The position numbers and the translations under genes were made by a program. The notes under the pieces are model-generated. The model did not search any database. It saw nothing but the letters and a program-made list of their open reading frames with translations, and was not told the DNA's origin. From contig OZ253462.1 of NCBI GenBank assembly GCA_965261395.1, forward strand, positions 3,488,001 to 3,552,000: 64,000 nucleotides of DNA, written 5' to 3'. Position 1 is the stretch's first letter. Each line of letters opens with the position of its first letter. The stretch comes from Candidatus Latescibacterota bacterium. GTDB taxonomy: Bacteria; Latescibacterota; UBA2968; UBA8231. Positions 9,688 to 18,830 of the stretch are shown in pieces.

Positions 9688-9806
9688 GCGAGGGGGTGCG
9701 CTTTGCAGAGAGGAATAAAGCTCTGGGCGACAATGCTGATGCGTAAATTCATGGGGGGCAAAGTACGGCGGGGGGATAGGTGGCGCAATAGGCCGTTTTT
9801 AAGCGG
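9684..9806 (-). pseudogene. Degenerate copy of the promoter and first codons of the Gfo gene at 18831-20018; forms a 22-aa ORF (9752-9684) overlapping the Nramp start (ATGA)
   Basis: Matches ~19941-20070 with a 15-bp deletion; MNLRISIVAQSFIPLCKAHPL vs MSLRIGIVGTGSFAQSFIPLFKAHPL. Confidence 0.85.
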
Positions 9807-9819
9807 CAAATAGCGCTGC

Positions 9820-10221
9820 TTATCGTCTTCCACTCTTCGCTTCGGTGTTCGCGCGAAGGAAAGACGTATAGCCCGCTTCATCAAGGGTCCCGGCCGCCAG
9901 CGCGATAACGGCCTGAGCCGCGCGCTCTTGAGTGGCGGTGAAGCGATATCCGTTCAACTCCAAAAACAGGATTCCAATCACAAAGCCCGTGCGCTTGTTG
10001 CCATCGACAAAGGGATGGTTGCGCACGATGCCCGCCGTATAGGCGGTAGCCATTTCGATGGGATCGGGTGTGTCCGCATAGGCGTAGAGTTGCTGTGGCC
10101 GGGCCAGAGCCGATTGCAACAAGCCGTCGTCGCGTACCCCCGCCGCGCCGCCATGCAGCGCGAGCAGTCGGTCGTGCAGCATCAGCGCGGCGCGTGCATC
10201 AATCCAAACCAGGTCCGTCAC
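9820..10221 (-). CDS. doc: Death-on-curing (Doc/Fido) toxin
   Basis: GVRD.GLL.SAL.RP and HPFVDGNKRTG motifs. Confidence 0.92.
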   Translation of the reverse strand: MTDLVWIDARAALMLHDRLLALHGGAAGVRDDGLLQSALARPQQLYAYADTPDPIEMATAYTAGIVRNHPFVDGNKRTGFVIGILFLELNGYRFTATQERAAQAVIALAAGTLDEAGYTSFLRANTEAKSGRR

Positions 10222-10445
10222 TGGGCCAGAACGTGGAGCGTGTTGCGATAGCGGTCGATGATGTCTTCAGCCTTTGCCAGCTTTTTTGCAAAGGTGGGAT
10301 CGTAGGGCGTCATCTGGTAGCTGCCGTCCGGCCCTTCGATCAGAAATAGAGGCTCCCCGTCTTTGGTGCGCAGCCGGTTGACGACCTCCTTGGGCAGGAC
10401 GACGCCGAGTGAGTTGCCGAATTTGCGGACTTTGAGTTCGACCAT
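10218..10445 (-). CDS. AbrB/MazE-type antitoxin (addiction module antidote)
   Basis: LKVRKFGNSLGVVLPKE; AGGAGG RBS; GTGA overlap with doc. Confidence 0.9.
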   Translation of the reverse strand: MVELKVRKFGNSLGVVLPKEVVNRLRTKDGEPLFLIEGPDGSYQMTPYDPTFAKKLAKAEDIIDRYRNTLHVLAQ

Positions 10446-10460
10446 GAAATGCCTCCTGTT

Positions 10461-10482
10461 TGTTACTACCATTGTAATAACA
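10461..10482. promoter_or_regulatory. Putative TA autoregulatory operator
   Basis: Imperfect palindrome TGTTACTAC-catt-GTAATAACA directly upstream of the antitoxin RBS. Confidence 0.5.
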
Positions 10483-10614
10483 TCTAACCGAGGCGCAAGG
10501 AGAATGCCTAGTCGAGATGGATTTGCAGAGGCTGCATCCGAGTTGCTATCCCACTCAAAATTTAGGCAGGTAATCACTCAATGCTTAGTACCGGCTTCTA
10601 TCAGCTATGGTGCC

Positions 10615-12846
10615 TTATTTAATGAGGAGCATCTTACGCCCTTGGACGACTGGCCCGGCCTGCAACTGGTACAAATACACGCCGCTGGCGACGCGCTGGC
10701 CTCGATAGTCGCGGCCATCCCAATGGGCGGCACTGGCATTCGTCAGGTACTGACCTGCTGCCCGATAGCCTAAGTCAATTTCTCTGACCAAGGCCCCCCG
10801 GACATCGTAAATAGCCAAGCGCACCTGGGCCGGGACGTGGAGTTGATAGGGGATCCAAGTCTCCGGGTTGAACGGATTGGGATAATTGGCCAGTAGCGCC
10901 GTCTGCGTCGGCAGCGGTGGCGAAAGCTCAATCGCCGTCTGCACAGAGGGGGTGATGTACGGCGACATATCCCACAGCAGAATCGTGTTGTAAGCAAAAT
11001 CTTCATTACTAGCGGCTAGGGTAGTGCCATCCGGCGAAAACGCCACGGACCAGACATCAAGAGTAAGAAATCGTCGTGAGGGATCTGTACTCAGGGTGGC
11101 TTTGTGTTGGCCGGTTTCTACGTCCCACAATCGAACCGAACCGTCAAAACTCCCACTGGCTAGGGTAGTGCCATCCGGCGAAAACGCCACCGAAATGACC
11201 AAATTTGTATGCCCTTCGAGAGTGGCCTTTTGTTCTCCGGTGTCCATGTCCCACAACCGTATCGTCTTGTCAAAACTCCCACTGGCTAGGGTAGTGCCAT
11301 CCGGCGAAAACGCCACCGAAGAGATCGCATCCGTGTGCCCTTTTAAGGCAGCTTTCCGTTCTCCGGTGTCCATGTCCCACAACCGTATCGTCTTGTCAAA
11401 ACTCCCACTGGCTAGGGTAGTGCCATCCGGCGAAAACGCCACCGAAGAGATCGCATCCGTATGCCCCTTTAGAGTGGTCTTTTGTTCTCCAGTATCCACA
11501 TCCCACAACCATATCTCCCTCGAACTACCACTGGCCGCTAGGGTGATACCATCCGGCGAGAATGCTATAGAAACGACCAAAAATGTCCCCTTTAGAGCAG
11601 TCTTGTATTGTCCGGTATCCACGTCCCACAATCGGATCGTCCCGTCCTCACTTCCACTGGCTAAGGTAGCGCCATCCGGCGAAAACACCACGGAACGGAC
11701 CACCGAAGAATGTCCCACGGTGGCTCGGAGTTCTCCGGTGTTCACGTCCCACAACCGAACCGTCCCGTCCTGACTTCCACTGGCCAGGGTGGTACCATCC
11801 GGCGAAAACGCCATCGAAATGACCAAATCCGTACTCGTCCCCCCTATGGTAATGGTAGCTTGGATTTCTCCGGTTTCCACGTCCCACAATCGAACTGTGC
11901 TGTTCCGACTTTGGTCCCAACTTCGACCGGCCAAGGTGGTGCCATCTGGCGAAAATGCCACCGACCCATATCCTTCTAAGACGGCCTTTTGTTGTCCGCT
12001 GTTCACGTCCCACAATCGGATCGGTCGGCCCTCACTGCCACTGGCCAAGGTAGTGCCATCTGGCGAAAATGCCACGGACTGGACAGAATCCGTATGCCCC
12101 TCTAAGATGACCTTGAGTTCCTCGGTGTCCACATCCCACAGCCATATCTCCTTCCAAGTGGCACCCGCCAGGGTCGTGCCATCTGGAGAAAACGCCACTG
12201 AATCGACCCCATATGGTGCCTCTATAGTGGCTCGGATTTCTCCGGTTTCCACGTCCCACAAGCGAACTGTGTCGTCCCAACTTCCACTGGCCAAGGCGGT
12301 GCCATCTGGAGAAAACGCCACGGACTGGACAGAATCCGTATGTCCTTCTAAGACGGCCTTTTGTTCTCCGGTTTTCACGTCCCATAATCGAACTGTGTCG
12401 TCCCAACTTCCACTGGCCAAGGTGGTGCCATCTGGAGAAAATGATATAGAAGAGATATGCTTCGCGTGTCCTTCTAAGACGGCCTTTTGTTCTCTGGTTC
12501 CCACATTCCACAACCATATATCATTATCAACATCTGTACTGGCCAAGGTGGTGCCATCTGGAGAAAACGCTACGGAGTAGACATAATTCTGCCCCTTAAG
12601 CAGGGCGACTTCGGTGCCGGTGTACGTATCATAGATCCAAATACCGATGTCACTGGCCACCGCTAGTCGCGTACCATCGGACGAGTAAGCCACCGCTTGG
12701 TTTTCCCAACTTAACCCTCCTTTACCCAAGCGGGCGATGGTACCTTCGGGCAAACTCAAGGGATTATCGTTTTGGGCGAGGCTGTCCTGTACGAACAGGA
12801 CACATATCCACAAGAGGGCAACATTGAACAGCCGAAATTTTTTCAT
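10615..12846 (-). CDS. Secreted WD40-repeat protein with C-terminal FlgD-like/secretion-sorting domain
   Basis: Signal peptide from ATG 12846 (AAGGAG RBS); ~14 repeats GHT..V.SVAFSPDGTTLASGS.D.TVRLWD; tail LLANYPNPFNPETWIPYQL...WDG.D..G..VASGVY.Y. Confidence 0.92.
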   Translation of the reverse strand: MKKFRLFNVALLWICVLFVQDSLAQNDNPLSLPEGTIARLGKGGLSWENQAVAYSSDGTRLAVASDIGIWIYDTYTGTEVALLKGQNYVYSVAFSPDGTTLASTDVDNDIWLWNVGTREQKAVLEGHAKHISSISFSPDGTTLASGSWDDTVRLWDVKTGEQKAVLEGHTDSVQSVAFSPDGTALASGSWDDTVRLWDVETGEIRATIEAPYGVDSVAFSPDGTTLAGATWKEIWLWDVDTEELKVILEGHTDSVQSVAFSPDGTTLASGSEGRPIRLWDVNSGQQKAVLEGYGSVAFSPDGTTLAGRSWDQSRNSTVRLWDVETGEIQATITIGGTSTDLVISMAFSPDGTTLASGSQDGTVRLWDVNTGELRATVGHSSVVRSVVFSPDGATLASGSEDGTIRLWDVDTGQYKTALKGTFLVVSIAFSPDGITLAASGSSREIWLWDVDTGEQKTTLKGHTDAISSVAFSPDGTTLASGSFDKTIRLWDMDTGERKAALKGHTDAISSVAFSPDGTTLASGSFDKTIRLWDMDTGEQKATLEGHTNLVISVAFSPDGTTLASGSFDGSVRLWDVETGQHKATLSTDPSRRFLTLDVWSVAFSPDGTTLAASNEDFAYNTILLWDMSPYITPSVQTAIELSPPLPTQTALLANYPNPFNPETWIPYQLHVPAQVRLAIYDVRGALVREIDLGYRAAGQYLTNASAAHWDGRDYRGQRVASGVYLYQLQAGPVVQGRKMLLIK
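11143..11460. repeat. Near-identical 126-bp tandem repeats (WD40 units)
   Basis: ~100 bp identical between 11233-11334 and 11359-11460; period 126 bp = 42 aa. Confidence 0.85.
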
Positions 12847-12898
12847 TTGATGATACTCCTTTATCTGAGGCAAGTTTATCTGATCGCGGGCAGCTAAG

Positions 12899-14044
12899 TC
12901 AGGAGCAGCGGCACGGCGAAACACCCTTCTCTGGTTTCCAACAGCCGTTGCCAATCATAATTACGTCTTGACCGCCCTTGGAGCCACAACGGCAATTTGT
13001 GCAGAAGCGGCGTCGGCGTTTCTGTTTGAGATACATCGGTCCTGGAAACTTGCCATTCTGATACAGACCGCTCCGCACCCATGTCAACGTCTGGAAGTTT
13101 GAAGCATCAATTGCTTTGAGTCGACGGTATGCCTCCTCGTTCTCCGAGTCCTTCGATCCATGATGAGGGGCAGTCACGAGCATGTTCTTTCTAACTGGAG
13201 GTCGGAAAACGGGAGGGTGTCTTAGGGAACCGAACCCGGAGTCCGCTGAAAAGAGTACGTCGGGGCCGACCCCAGCCGGAGAATGTAGTACGAGACAGAG
13301 GCGGTTCACTGTAGTCAAGTACACTAAACCTAGCAAGGAATAGGGACTAGTTTGAACTACGTAAACCTCCGAAGCATTGACTAGGTGGAGATACGGGTGA
13401 GCCTCCTCGCTCGGCTGGGGCTTCTTATATGGGTCGAACCATCGAATCTCCGCGCCGCGCCGCGTTGCCGCGGTGGCCAAGCATAAGATGTTGTCTGCAC
13501 GGATCGTCGCAGTTTCAATTAAGGGAATGCCCTCGGCCTCTATGGGTACGTCCTCGCCCGACCGCTCGGAAATAAAAACGACGACTATGGGAAGAAAGGG
13601 ATAGAATTCGTCGAAATGCTGTGAGTCTGCTCTCTTCTTAAGCTCCATATTGAGCCATTCCGCGGAAATTTCTTTATCATCACGACGATCCTCTGTCTCA
13701 GGTATTTGCTCGCTGTAGTCGGTGAAACACAATTGTTTAAAGGCCAAATCGGGATCTTTCAGCATCATTTGAAGAGGCTGCATCCAAGTCGCTGGCAACC
13801 AACACTCCTTAGCCTTGCCACCGTTCTTGAAGAAATCAATGAGGCCGTTGGCGTGGTCGCTATCGTTGTGTGTGCAAACTACGACTTCGACTTCGACCTG
13901 TTGGCGTTTGGTCACTTTTCGAAATCTATCCACGAAGTTTTTGCGGCGACCTCCATCAACAAGGCAAGAAAACCCATCGCGTTCAAGATAGAAGGCGTCC
14001 CCCATACCAACATTCAGGGCGATAAATCGGTCGGAATGGCTCAC
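12899..14044 (-). CDS. Stand-alone ComEC/Rec2-like metallo-beta-lactamase-fold hydrolase (putative nuclease)
   Basis: LNVGMGDAF, LVDGG, THNDSDHANG, LFSAD, PHHGS motifs; no TM domain. Confidence 0.8.
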   Translation of the reverse strand: MSHSDRFIALNVGMGDAFYLERDGFSCLVDGGRRKNFVDRFRKVTKRQQVEVEVVVCTHNDSDHANGLIDFFKNGGKAKECWLPATWMQPLQMMLKDPDLAFKQLCFTDYSEQIPETEDRRDDKEISAEWLNMELKKRADSQHFDEFYPFLPIVVVFISERSGEDVPIEAEGIPLIETATIRADNILCLATAATRRGAEIRWFDPYKKPQPSEEAHPYLHLVNASEVYVVQTSPYSLLGLVYLTTVNRLCLVLHSPAGVGPDVLFSADSGFGSLRHPPVFRPPVRKNMLVTAPHHGSKDSENEEAYRRLKAIDASNFQTLTWVRSGLYQNGKFPGPMYLKQKRRRRFCTNCRCGSKGGQDVIMIGNGCWKPEKGVSPCRCS

Positions 14045-14092
14045 GATTAATGTATTCTCCTATTCTTTGCTCAGCTTATCTGGTCAACACTA

Positions 14093-14254
14093 CTATGGTG
14101 GATCACCGAAGTCGGGTATGGGGAGGAGAGCACCCCCCTGTAGCGCGGACTCGTGGGCGACGAGGCCGGGGAGCATGTAGCGCGCCGCGTCCCAAGCGTT
14201 GTTGGGCGGAAGTTGGCCGCTGGCACAGGCTGTGACGAAGTCGTGGACGAGAAA
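14093..14254 (-). repeat. Diverged duplicate of the 3' end of the Gfo gene (copy of 18843-19001) with its own TAG stop
   Basis: 17 differences in 159 bp by manual alignment, 16 synonymous; 52/53 aa identical. Confidence 0.95.
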
Positions 14255-14270
14255 AATGAGCTGTGCTAAT

Positions 14271-14311
14271 GCGCTGTCATCGTCCTCCGCTCTTCGCTTC
14301 GGCATTCGCGC
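14271..14311 (-). pseudogene. Remnant of a doc 3' end (homologous to 9813-9854)
   Basis: ANAEAKSGGR* vs ANTEAKSGRR*, plus shared GCGCTG just past the stop. Confidence 0.7.
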
Positions 14312-14335
14312 TTCCTCCGGATAAATACCTTGCGC

Positions 14336-17300
14336 TCAATTGCCGCGATACTCGAGTACGACCCGATTGACAGGGCCTTGGAGGCCCATGGTATTGATCG
14401 CTTTTGCCCGCAGGGTGTTGCTGCCCGGGCGCAGTTTCCACGCGAAAGACGGGTCGCTTTCCTGCCATGCGCCCTCGTCCAAGCTGACCTCAAAGCGGGC
14501 GAAATTGGGAATGGGGCCGGACAATTGCACGGACAGGGCCGCGGTCGTCTCGGTGTCCTCTAGGTCGATCCTCGTTTTGTTCAAGGACCAGTAGAAATCC
14601 TCCGGCCGGGTGGTCTGGAGCGAATATTCCGGGTACCTCGGGTCGAGACTGTCGGTCCACCACAGATGGCCGTCCCAGTGGTACTGATCCATGCCCTGTT
14701 CCAGTTCCTGGGGCTCGGAGCGGTACAGGTGGTCGTTGCGCAGCGGTATGCCGAAGCGCAGGTACAGATCGACAAACATCCGTCGCATCTGGTCTATGGG
14801 AATGGGCGGTGGGGGAATAATATCGATATCCCCGGCATTGTTGGCTGCGGCGCTGCGATGCATTTCGAGCGCATTGATGGGCACCCCGGCCCTTTCGTAC
14901 TGGAAAGCCACTTGGTGCCCTGGCAAGAGCCCCGGATCTTGGAGAATCCACTTGCCGTACTGGTCCGACCAGATCTCGGCTAGGCAGTGGTGGTCGACGA
15001 TGAGGGCACGAGCGTGGTACCCCAGGGCCGCGGCGCACTGGGCAAAGACAGCCGCATAGTGGGTGCACATCCCCAGCGCCAAGTTCTGCGGAGCCAGTTC
15101 GAGGATCTCCAGCGCGTCCCACTGTGGGCAGTAGTTGTACTCGTTTTCGTTCCACCCTTCCCACTGCCGGCGCACCCACTGGCGCAAAAGGGCAAACTTC
15201 TCCATCTCCGTTTTGCCGGGGGCGACTATTTCCTCTAGCCGGTATTTTTCCCGTAAGTGGCGCATGCGGGGGTGGTGTGGATCGGCGTAGTCGAAATCGT
15301 ACGAAGAGACCGCAATGGCATGGTCCGGTGCCTCGATCACCTCGATGTCCGGGTGATTTACCCCACGGACCCGGCCGGAAGCCTCAATGGTCACTTTTTT
15401 CACCAGCGGCGTGATGCGGGCATCCCGGCTGGAAAGGGTCGCTCGCCACTGCACAAAGCGCTGTCCGGGCAAGGTGCTGGCCGAGTCGGCTGCCCGCCAG
15501 GGACTCCATTTATCCGACGCGTACCAGGCCGTCGAGCCAGTGCGCACTTGGAACCGGATAGCAGTCTGCGGCTGTAGTGCCAGATCGGCGGACAGACGCA
15601 GGGCGCTCACTTCCACCTTGGGGGAAAGGGCATATTCTGCGGCCACGTCAATTATCGGGGAAGTCAGGGTCCCCTCGGGCGGATAGCCGTGGACCCGGAT
15701 GCGGACGACGTACTCGCCCGAAAGATTGTTCTCGGGCCCGAGTATGTCGCTCTTCCACTCGCTGCTCTCCCCGGAAAGGCGCTTGAAACTGTTTTTGCCG
15801 GGCCTATCTGCATCGATGAGTAGAAAACCCGCTCCCGAAAAGATCAGTTCGTTGCTGCCCTGCTGCAGGTAGTGGCCGGGAATGGTCTCCCGGTCCCAGC
15901 CGCCCGTGAGCATTTTTCCCCTGTTCTGAACATGGCGGATCTCGTGCCCGTTGACCGCGATGAGCATGGGTGTTTGCTCGCTACCACCCCCGCCGAAAAA
16001 GAGGACTTCGGCTTTTTCGACTGCCGATGGCAGCTCGAAGACCTTTTTCACTTGGATTTGGTCCGTCAGGGGTTCGCTGATTTTCGAACTGCGGGCCATG
16101 GCATCGGCAATCAGATAGGTGGGCGCTAGGCCAAGGGCGCCAGAGGCGGCGGAAAAATCGCTGAAACGGTCGCGGGTGCAGTTGGTGAGAGCTTGGCCTG
16201 CAAGGGTACTTTCCCACTTGGACGAGGTTGCGCTGGCAGCGGTGTAGTGCGCCGGCGGCTCGCCGGAGGACATCGGCCGGTCTTGCGGGTAGTACAACAG
16301 CAGGTAACCGCGCCGCTCGCGTTCGCCGCATATGAGGGTGCCGTCGGCCGTGCTGACGACAGCACCGATGTCGCCGAAGGTCCGGTTCCCTCCTTCCGGC
16401 TGCATGCCGCCCGGCCAGGTGCCTAGGTACATCCGGCGTTGGACCGGGTCAAAGGCAAACAAGCGCGGCAGCCCTTCCTCTTCGCCGCCCACGCCGTAAA
16501 TCAGGCCATCGGCCCCCCGGGCCAGCCCCCGGATTCGGTGCTGTCGCAGGGGCTTGCCAAAACCCTCTACCAATGCGGCCTTTGGGTCAAAGCGGAACAA
16601 ATGGCCATCTGTCGTGCCGGCGAGAAAGCTGCCGTCGTCCAGTTTTACCGCGGCGTCGATGGCGGCGAATCGCCGTCGCCCCACTACGGCTGGCAGTCTG
16701 GCATCGAGGGGCTTGAGGACACCTGTGCGGGGATCCAATTCGAGGATGCGACCCATGTCGTCGTCAGCTCCGGTGCTGCCGCTGAGGTAGATCTTGCCGT
16801 TGTCTGCGGCCAGTAGGACTTTGCTGATTGGGCGGGTATGGTGGTGTTGGGGCAGGGGAACTACCTCGCCGTAGTCCTTTTGCTGGCCCGACGACAGCGC
16901 CACGGTGAAAAGCCGCCCTCCGGGCGCGGTAAGGCCGCAGAGCACTTGCCCAGTGGCGTCGACGGCTAGGGCCCCTACTCCGTCCGGCTCGGGAAATTCG
17001 GGCAAGGCGATCTCTGCGAGCAAGCGGCCAGCGGGCGAGTAGTGCCGGAGGGGCATGCTTGGGGCTGCTCGATCCATCAGGTGAGGTGGCGGCACTGAGT
17101 CGCGGCGTCTGAACGTGCCGGGGGTGTGGGGGCGCTGTCGCAGGCGTTCGAAGAAGAATTGCTTGTCGTACGCTCGGCGGGCTCCCAGATAAATGTCTCC
17201 TTCGGGTCCGAGCGCTAGGCGCGGCTCGTCCCACCACAGGGCCTTGAAGCAGTCGAGCATTTTCACTGTTGTGCTGCTGGGGTCAAAGCTGAACAGGCAG

Positions 17301-17509
17301 ATTTCCTTTTTGCCGCAGGTGGCCCCAATGATCAGGCCGTCGCGCTGCCGGCGGACCATTGCAGTTACCATGCACTCGTTGACGGGCAGGGCCTCGAACA
17401 GAGGCACCATCCGGGCGCTTTCCCGCTCCAGATTCAGCGCGGGTTCAGCGCCGGCGAGCAGCGGGGCAAAAGCGAAAATGGCGCAGCTTGTGAAAATTAT
17501 CCGATACAT
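14336..17509 (-). CDS. Large secreted protein: beta-propeller + beta-sandwich + transglutaminase-like (Cys-His-Asp) domain
   Basis: Signal peptide; DG.IYG-type propeller blades; GMCTHYA...HCLAEIWSDQYGKWILQDP. Confidence 0.72.
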   Translation of the reverse strand: MYRIIFTSCAIFAFAPLLAGAEPALNLERESARMVPLFEALPVNECMVTAMVRRQRDGLIIGATCGKKEICLFSFDPSSTTVKMLDCFKALWWDEPRLALGPEGDIYLGARRAYDKQFFFERLRQRPHTPGTFRRRDSVPPPHLMDRAAPSMPLRHYSPAGRLLAEIALPEFPEPDGVGALAVDATGQVLCGLTAPGGRLFTVALSSGQQKDYGEVVPLPQHHHTRPISKVLLAADNGKIYLSGSTGADDDMGRILELDPRTGVLKPLDARLPAVVGRRRFAAIDAAVKLDDGSFLAGTTDGHLFRFDPKAALVEGFGKPLRQHRIRGLARGADGLIYGVGGEEEGLPRLFAFDPVQRRMYLGTWPGGMQPEGGNRTFGDIGAVVSTADGTLICGERERRGYLLLYYPQDRPMSSGEPPAHYTAASATSSKWESTLAGQALTNCTRDRFSDFSAASGALGLAPTYLIADAMARSSKISEPLTDQIQVKKVFELPSAVEKAEVLFFGGGGSEQTPMLIAVNGHEIRHVQNRGKMLTGGWDRETIPGHYLQQGSNELIFSGAGFLLIDADRPGKNSFKRLSGESSEWKSDILGPENNLSGEYVVRIRVHGYPPEGTLTSPIIDVAAEYALSPKVEVSALRLSADLALQPQTAIRFQVRTGSTAWYASDKWSPWRAADSASTLPGQRFVQWRATLSSRDARITPLVKKVTIEASGRVRGVNHPDIEVIEAPDHAIAVSSYDFDYADPHHPRMRHLREKYRLEEIVAPGKTEMEKFALLRQWVRRQWEGWNENEYNYCPQWDALEILELAPQNLALGMCTHYAAVFAQCAAALGYHARALIVDHHCLAEIWSDQYGKWILQDPGLLPGHQVAFQYERAGVPINALEMHRSAAANNAGDIDIIPPPPIPIDQMRRMFVDLYLRFGIPLRNDHLYRSEPQELEQGMDQYHWDGHLWWTDSLDPRYPEYSLQTTRPEDFYWSLNKTRIDLEDTETTAALSVQLSGPIPNFARFEVSLDEGAWQESDPSFAWKLRPGSNTLRAKAINTMGLQGPVNRVVLEYRGN

Positions 17510-17515
17510 GGATCC

Positions 17516-18826
17516 TCAATCCGCGGTCAGCCGGGGAAATTCGAGGATGTAATACGGATAGGTTGCCATGATGTACAGGGTTCCATCTGGCCCTATTGCC
17601 GAGCCCTGGATCGAGCCCAGGCCGTTGTGCAAATCCCGGTGTGCGGCAAACTCCGCATCGACGACATAGCCGAGGCATTCGCCTTGGCCTCGGTGCGGAT
17701 CGTAGCGCATAATCAGGGTCTGCTTCGGGTTTTGGCCCACATCCGCGGTCCAGTAGATCCGGCCCTTGGCGTCCTGTATCATGGTGTGGATATCGCTGCT
17801 CTCGGCAAAGGGCTCGGGGACTGAATTGCAGACATAGCGCATGGGCACGATTCCGCTGTCGGCACCGGCTAGGTCGAATTCCTGAATTTGCCTGAGGTCG
17901 CCTCCGTAGAGTTTCATGCCGCGGCGGTTGAAATCGGCCCCGAGCTTGCTGCCGCCGCCGCCAATTACACAGGCGTACGGTTTTTCGTAGGGCGGCGCGC
18001 CTGCGGGGACGCGCACTTTGTACTCAACGAGTTCGTCTCTTTCCACGTCGTAGCGGGTCATTCTGCCGCGATTGGGTATCCACACATCGCCCCGGTCGTC
18101 CATGTCGATGTAGCGGCTCCAGGTGCCCACCCGCCCTTTGTCGATCACTTGGTGCGTGTCCAGCTCGTAGATGAGAAAGTGCATGCGCGGTTCGGTTTTG
18201 AAATAGATGCGGCGGCGCTCGTGGTCGACAATGCCGTTCATCAGACCGTCCTGGGCGCGCAGAATACCAAGGTCCTGGGCTAGGCCTGTGCGCGGATCAT
18301 AGGCGATTAAATGACCGCCGGGATAACCGCCAGCCTGTTCGCCGATTTCGGGTCTGGTGGCAAATAGTTCGTGTCCTTGCTTGGTGCCGCCGTATATGCG
18401 GCCGTCGGGGCCGATGGCCAGCTGCGTGTGCGTCTTGCCCTGGGTATTGATGTCGTACAGGTTTTCGGCGATGGTCCGGCTCAGGGCGACTACTCTCTCG
18501 ATGCTGCGGTCTCGGGGGTCATAGGCTAGCCAGTCGCCGTAATCGTAGTAGTTGGCCGTGCCTAGGTAGACCTTGCCGTCGGGTCCTGCCACGCAAGCGG
18601 TGTACCCCGATTTGTTGTTGGCGTATTCATCGGGCACCGGGGTGGCCCAGCAGAACAGCGGCTCGAGGTCGGCCACTTCGGGCTGTTGCAGGGCGGCGGG
18701 CACTGGTCCCGTGGGCTCTGGGGCCGTGCGGCAGAAGGCAGGGCCCGCTAGCAACAGGCTTAGGGCCGTCAGGGCGGTATGCCCCCACGCGGGGAGTACC
18801 CAAAGCCATGCGGCCCGATTTTTCAT
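17516..18826 (-). CDS. Secreted beta-propeller protein
   Basis: ATG 18826, 4 bp after the Gfo stop; N-terminal hydrophobic segment; repeated GPDG(K/R/T)(V/I/L)Y and YDP blades. Confidence 0.72.
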   Translation of the reverse strand: MKNRAAWLWVLPAWGHTALTALSLLLAGPAFCRTAPEPTGPVPAALQQPEVADLEPLFCWATPVPDEYANNKSGYTACVAGPDGKVYLGTANYYDYGDWLAYDPRDRSIERVVALSRTIAENLYDINTQGKTHTQLAIGPDGRIYGGTKQGHELFATRPEIGEQAGGYPGGHLIAYDPRTGLAQDLGILRAQDGLMNGIVDHERRRIYFKTEPRMHFLIYELDTHQVIDKGRVGTWSRYIDMDDRGDVWIPNRGRMTRYDVERDELVEYKVRVPAGAPPYEKPYACVIGGGGSKLGADFNRRGMKLYGGDLRQIQEFDLAGADSGIVPMRYVCNSVPEPFAESSDIHTMIQDAKGRIYWTADVGQNPKQTLIMRYDPHRGQGECLGYVVDAEFAAHRDLHNGLGSIQGSAIGPDGTLYIMATYPYYILEFPRLTAD

Positions 18827-18830
18827 GGAC

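Noticed and set aside
11020-12580. Regular repeats as a CRISPR array
   Set aside because: The period is ~120-126 bp, in frame within a WD40 gene, with no unique spacers and no cas genes
11024-12580. Long plus-strand ORFs (249 and 263 aa)
   Set aside because: Antisense shadows of the WD40 repeats
14093-14305. 70-aa ORF as a real gene
   Set aside because: A chance fusion of the out-of-frame doc relic and the orphan Gfo end; no RBS
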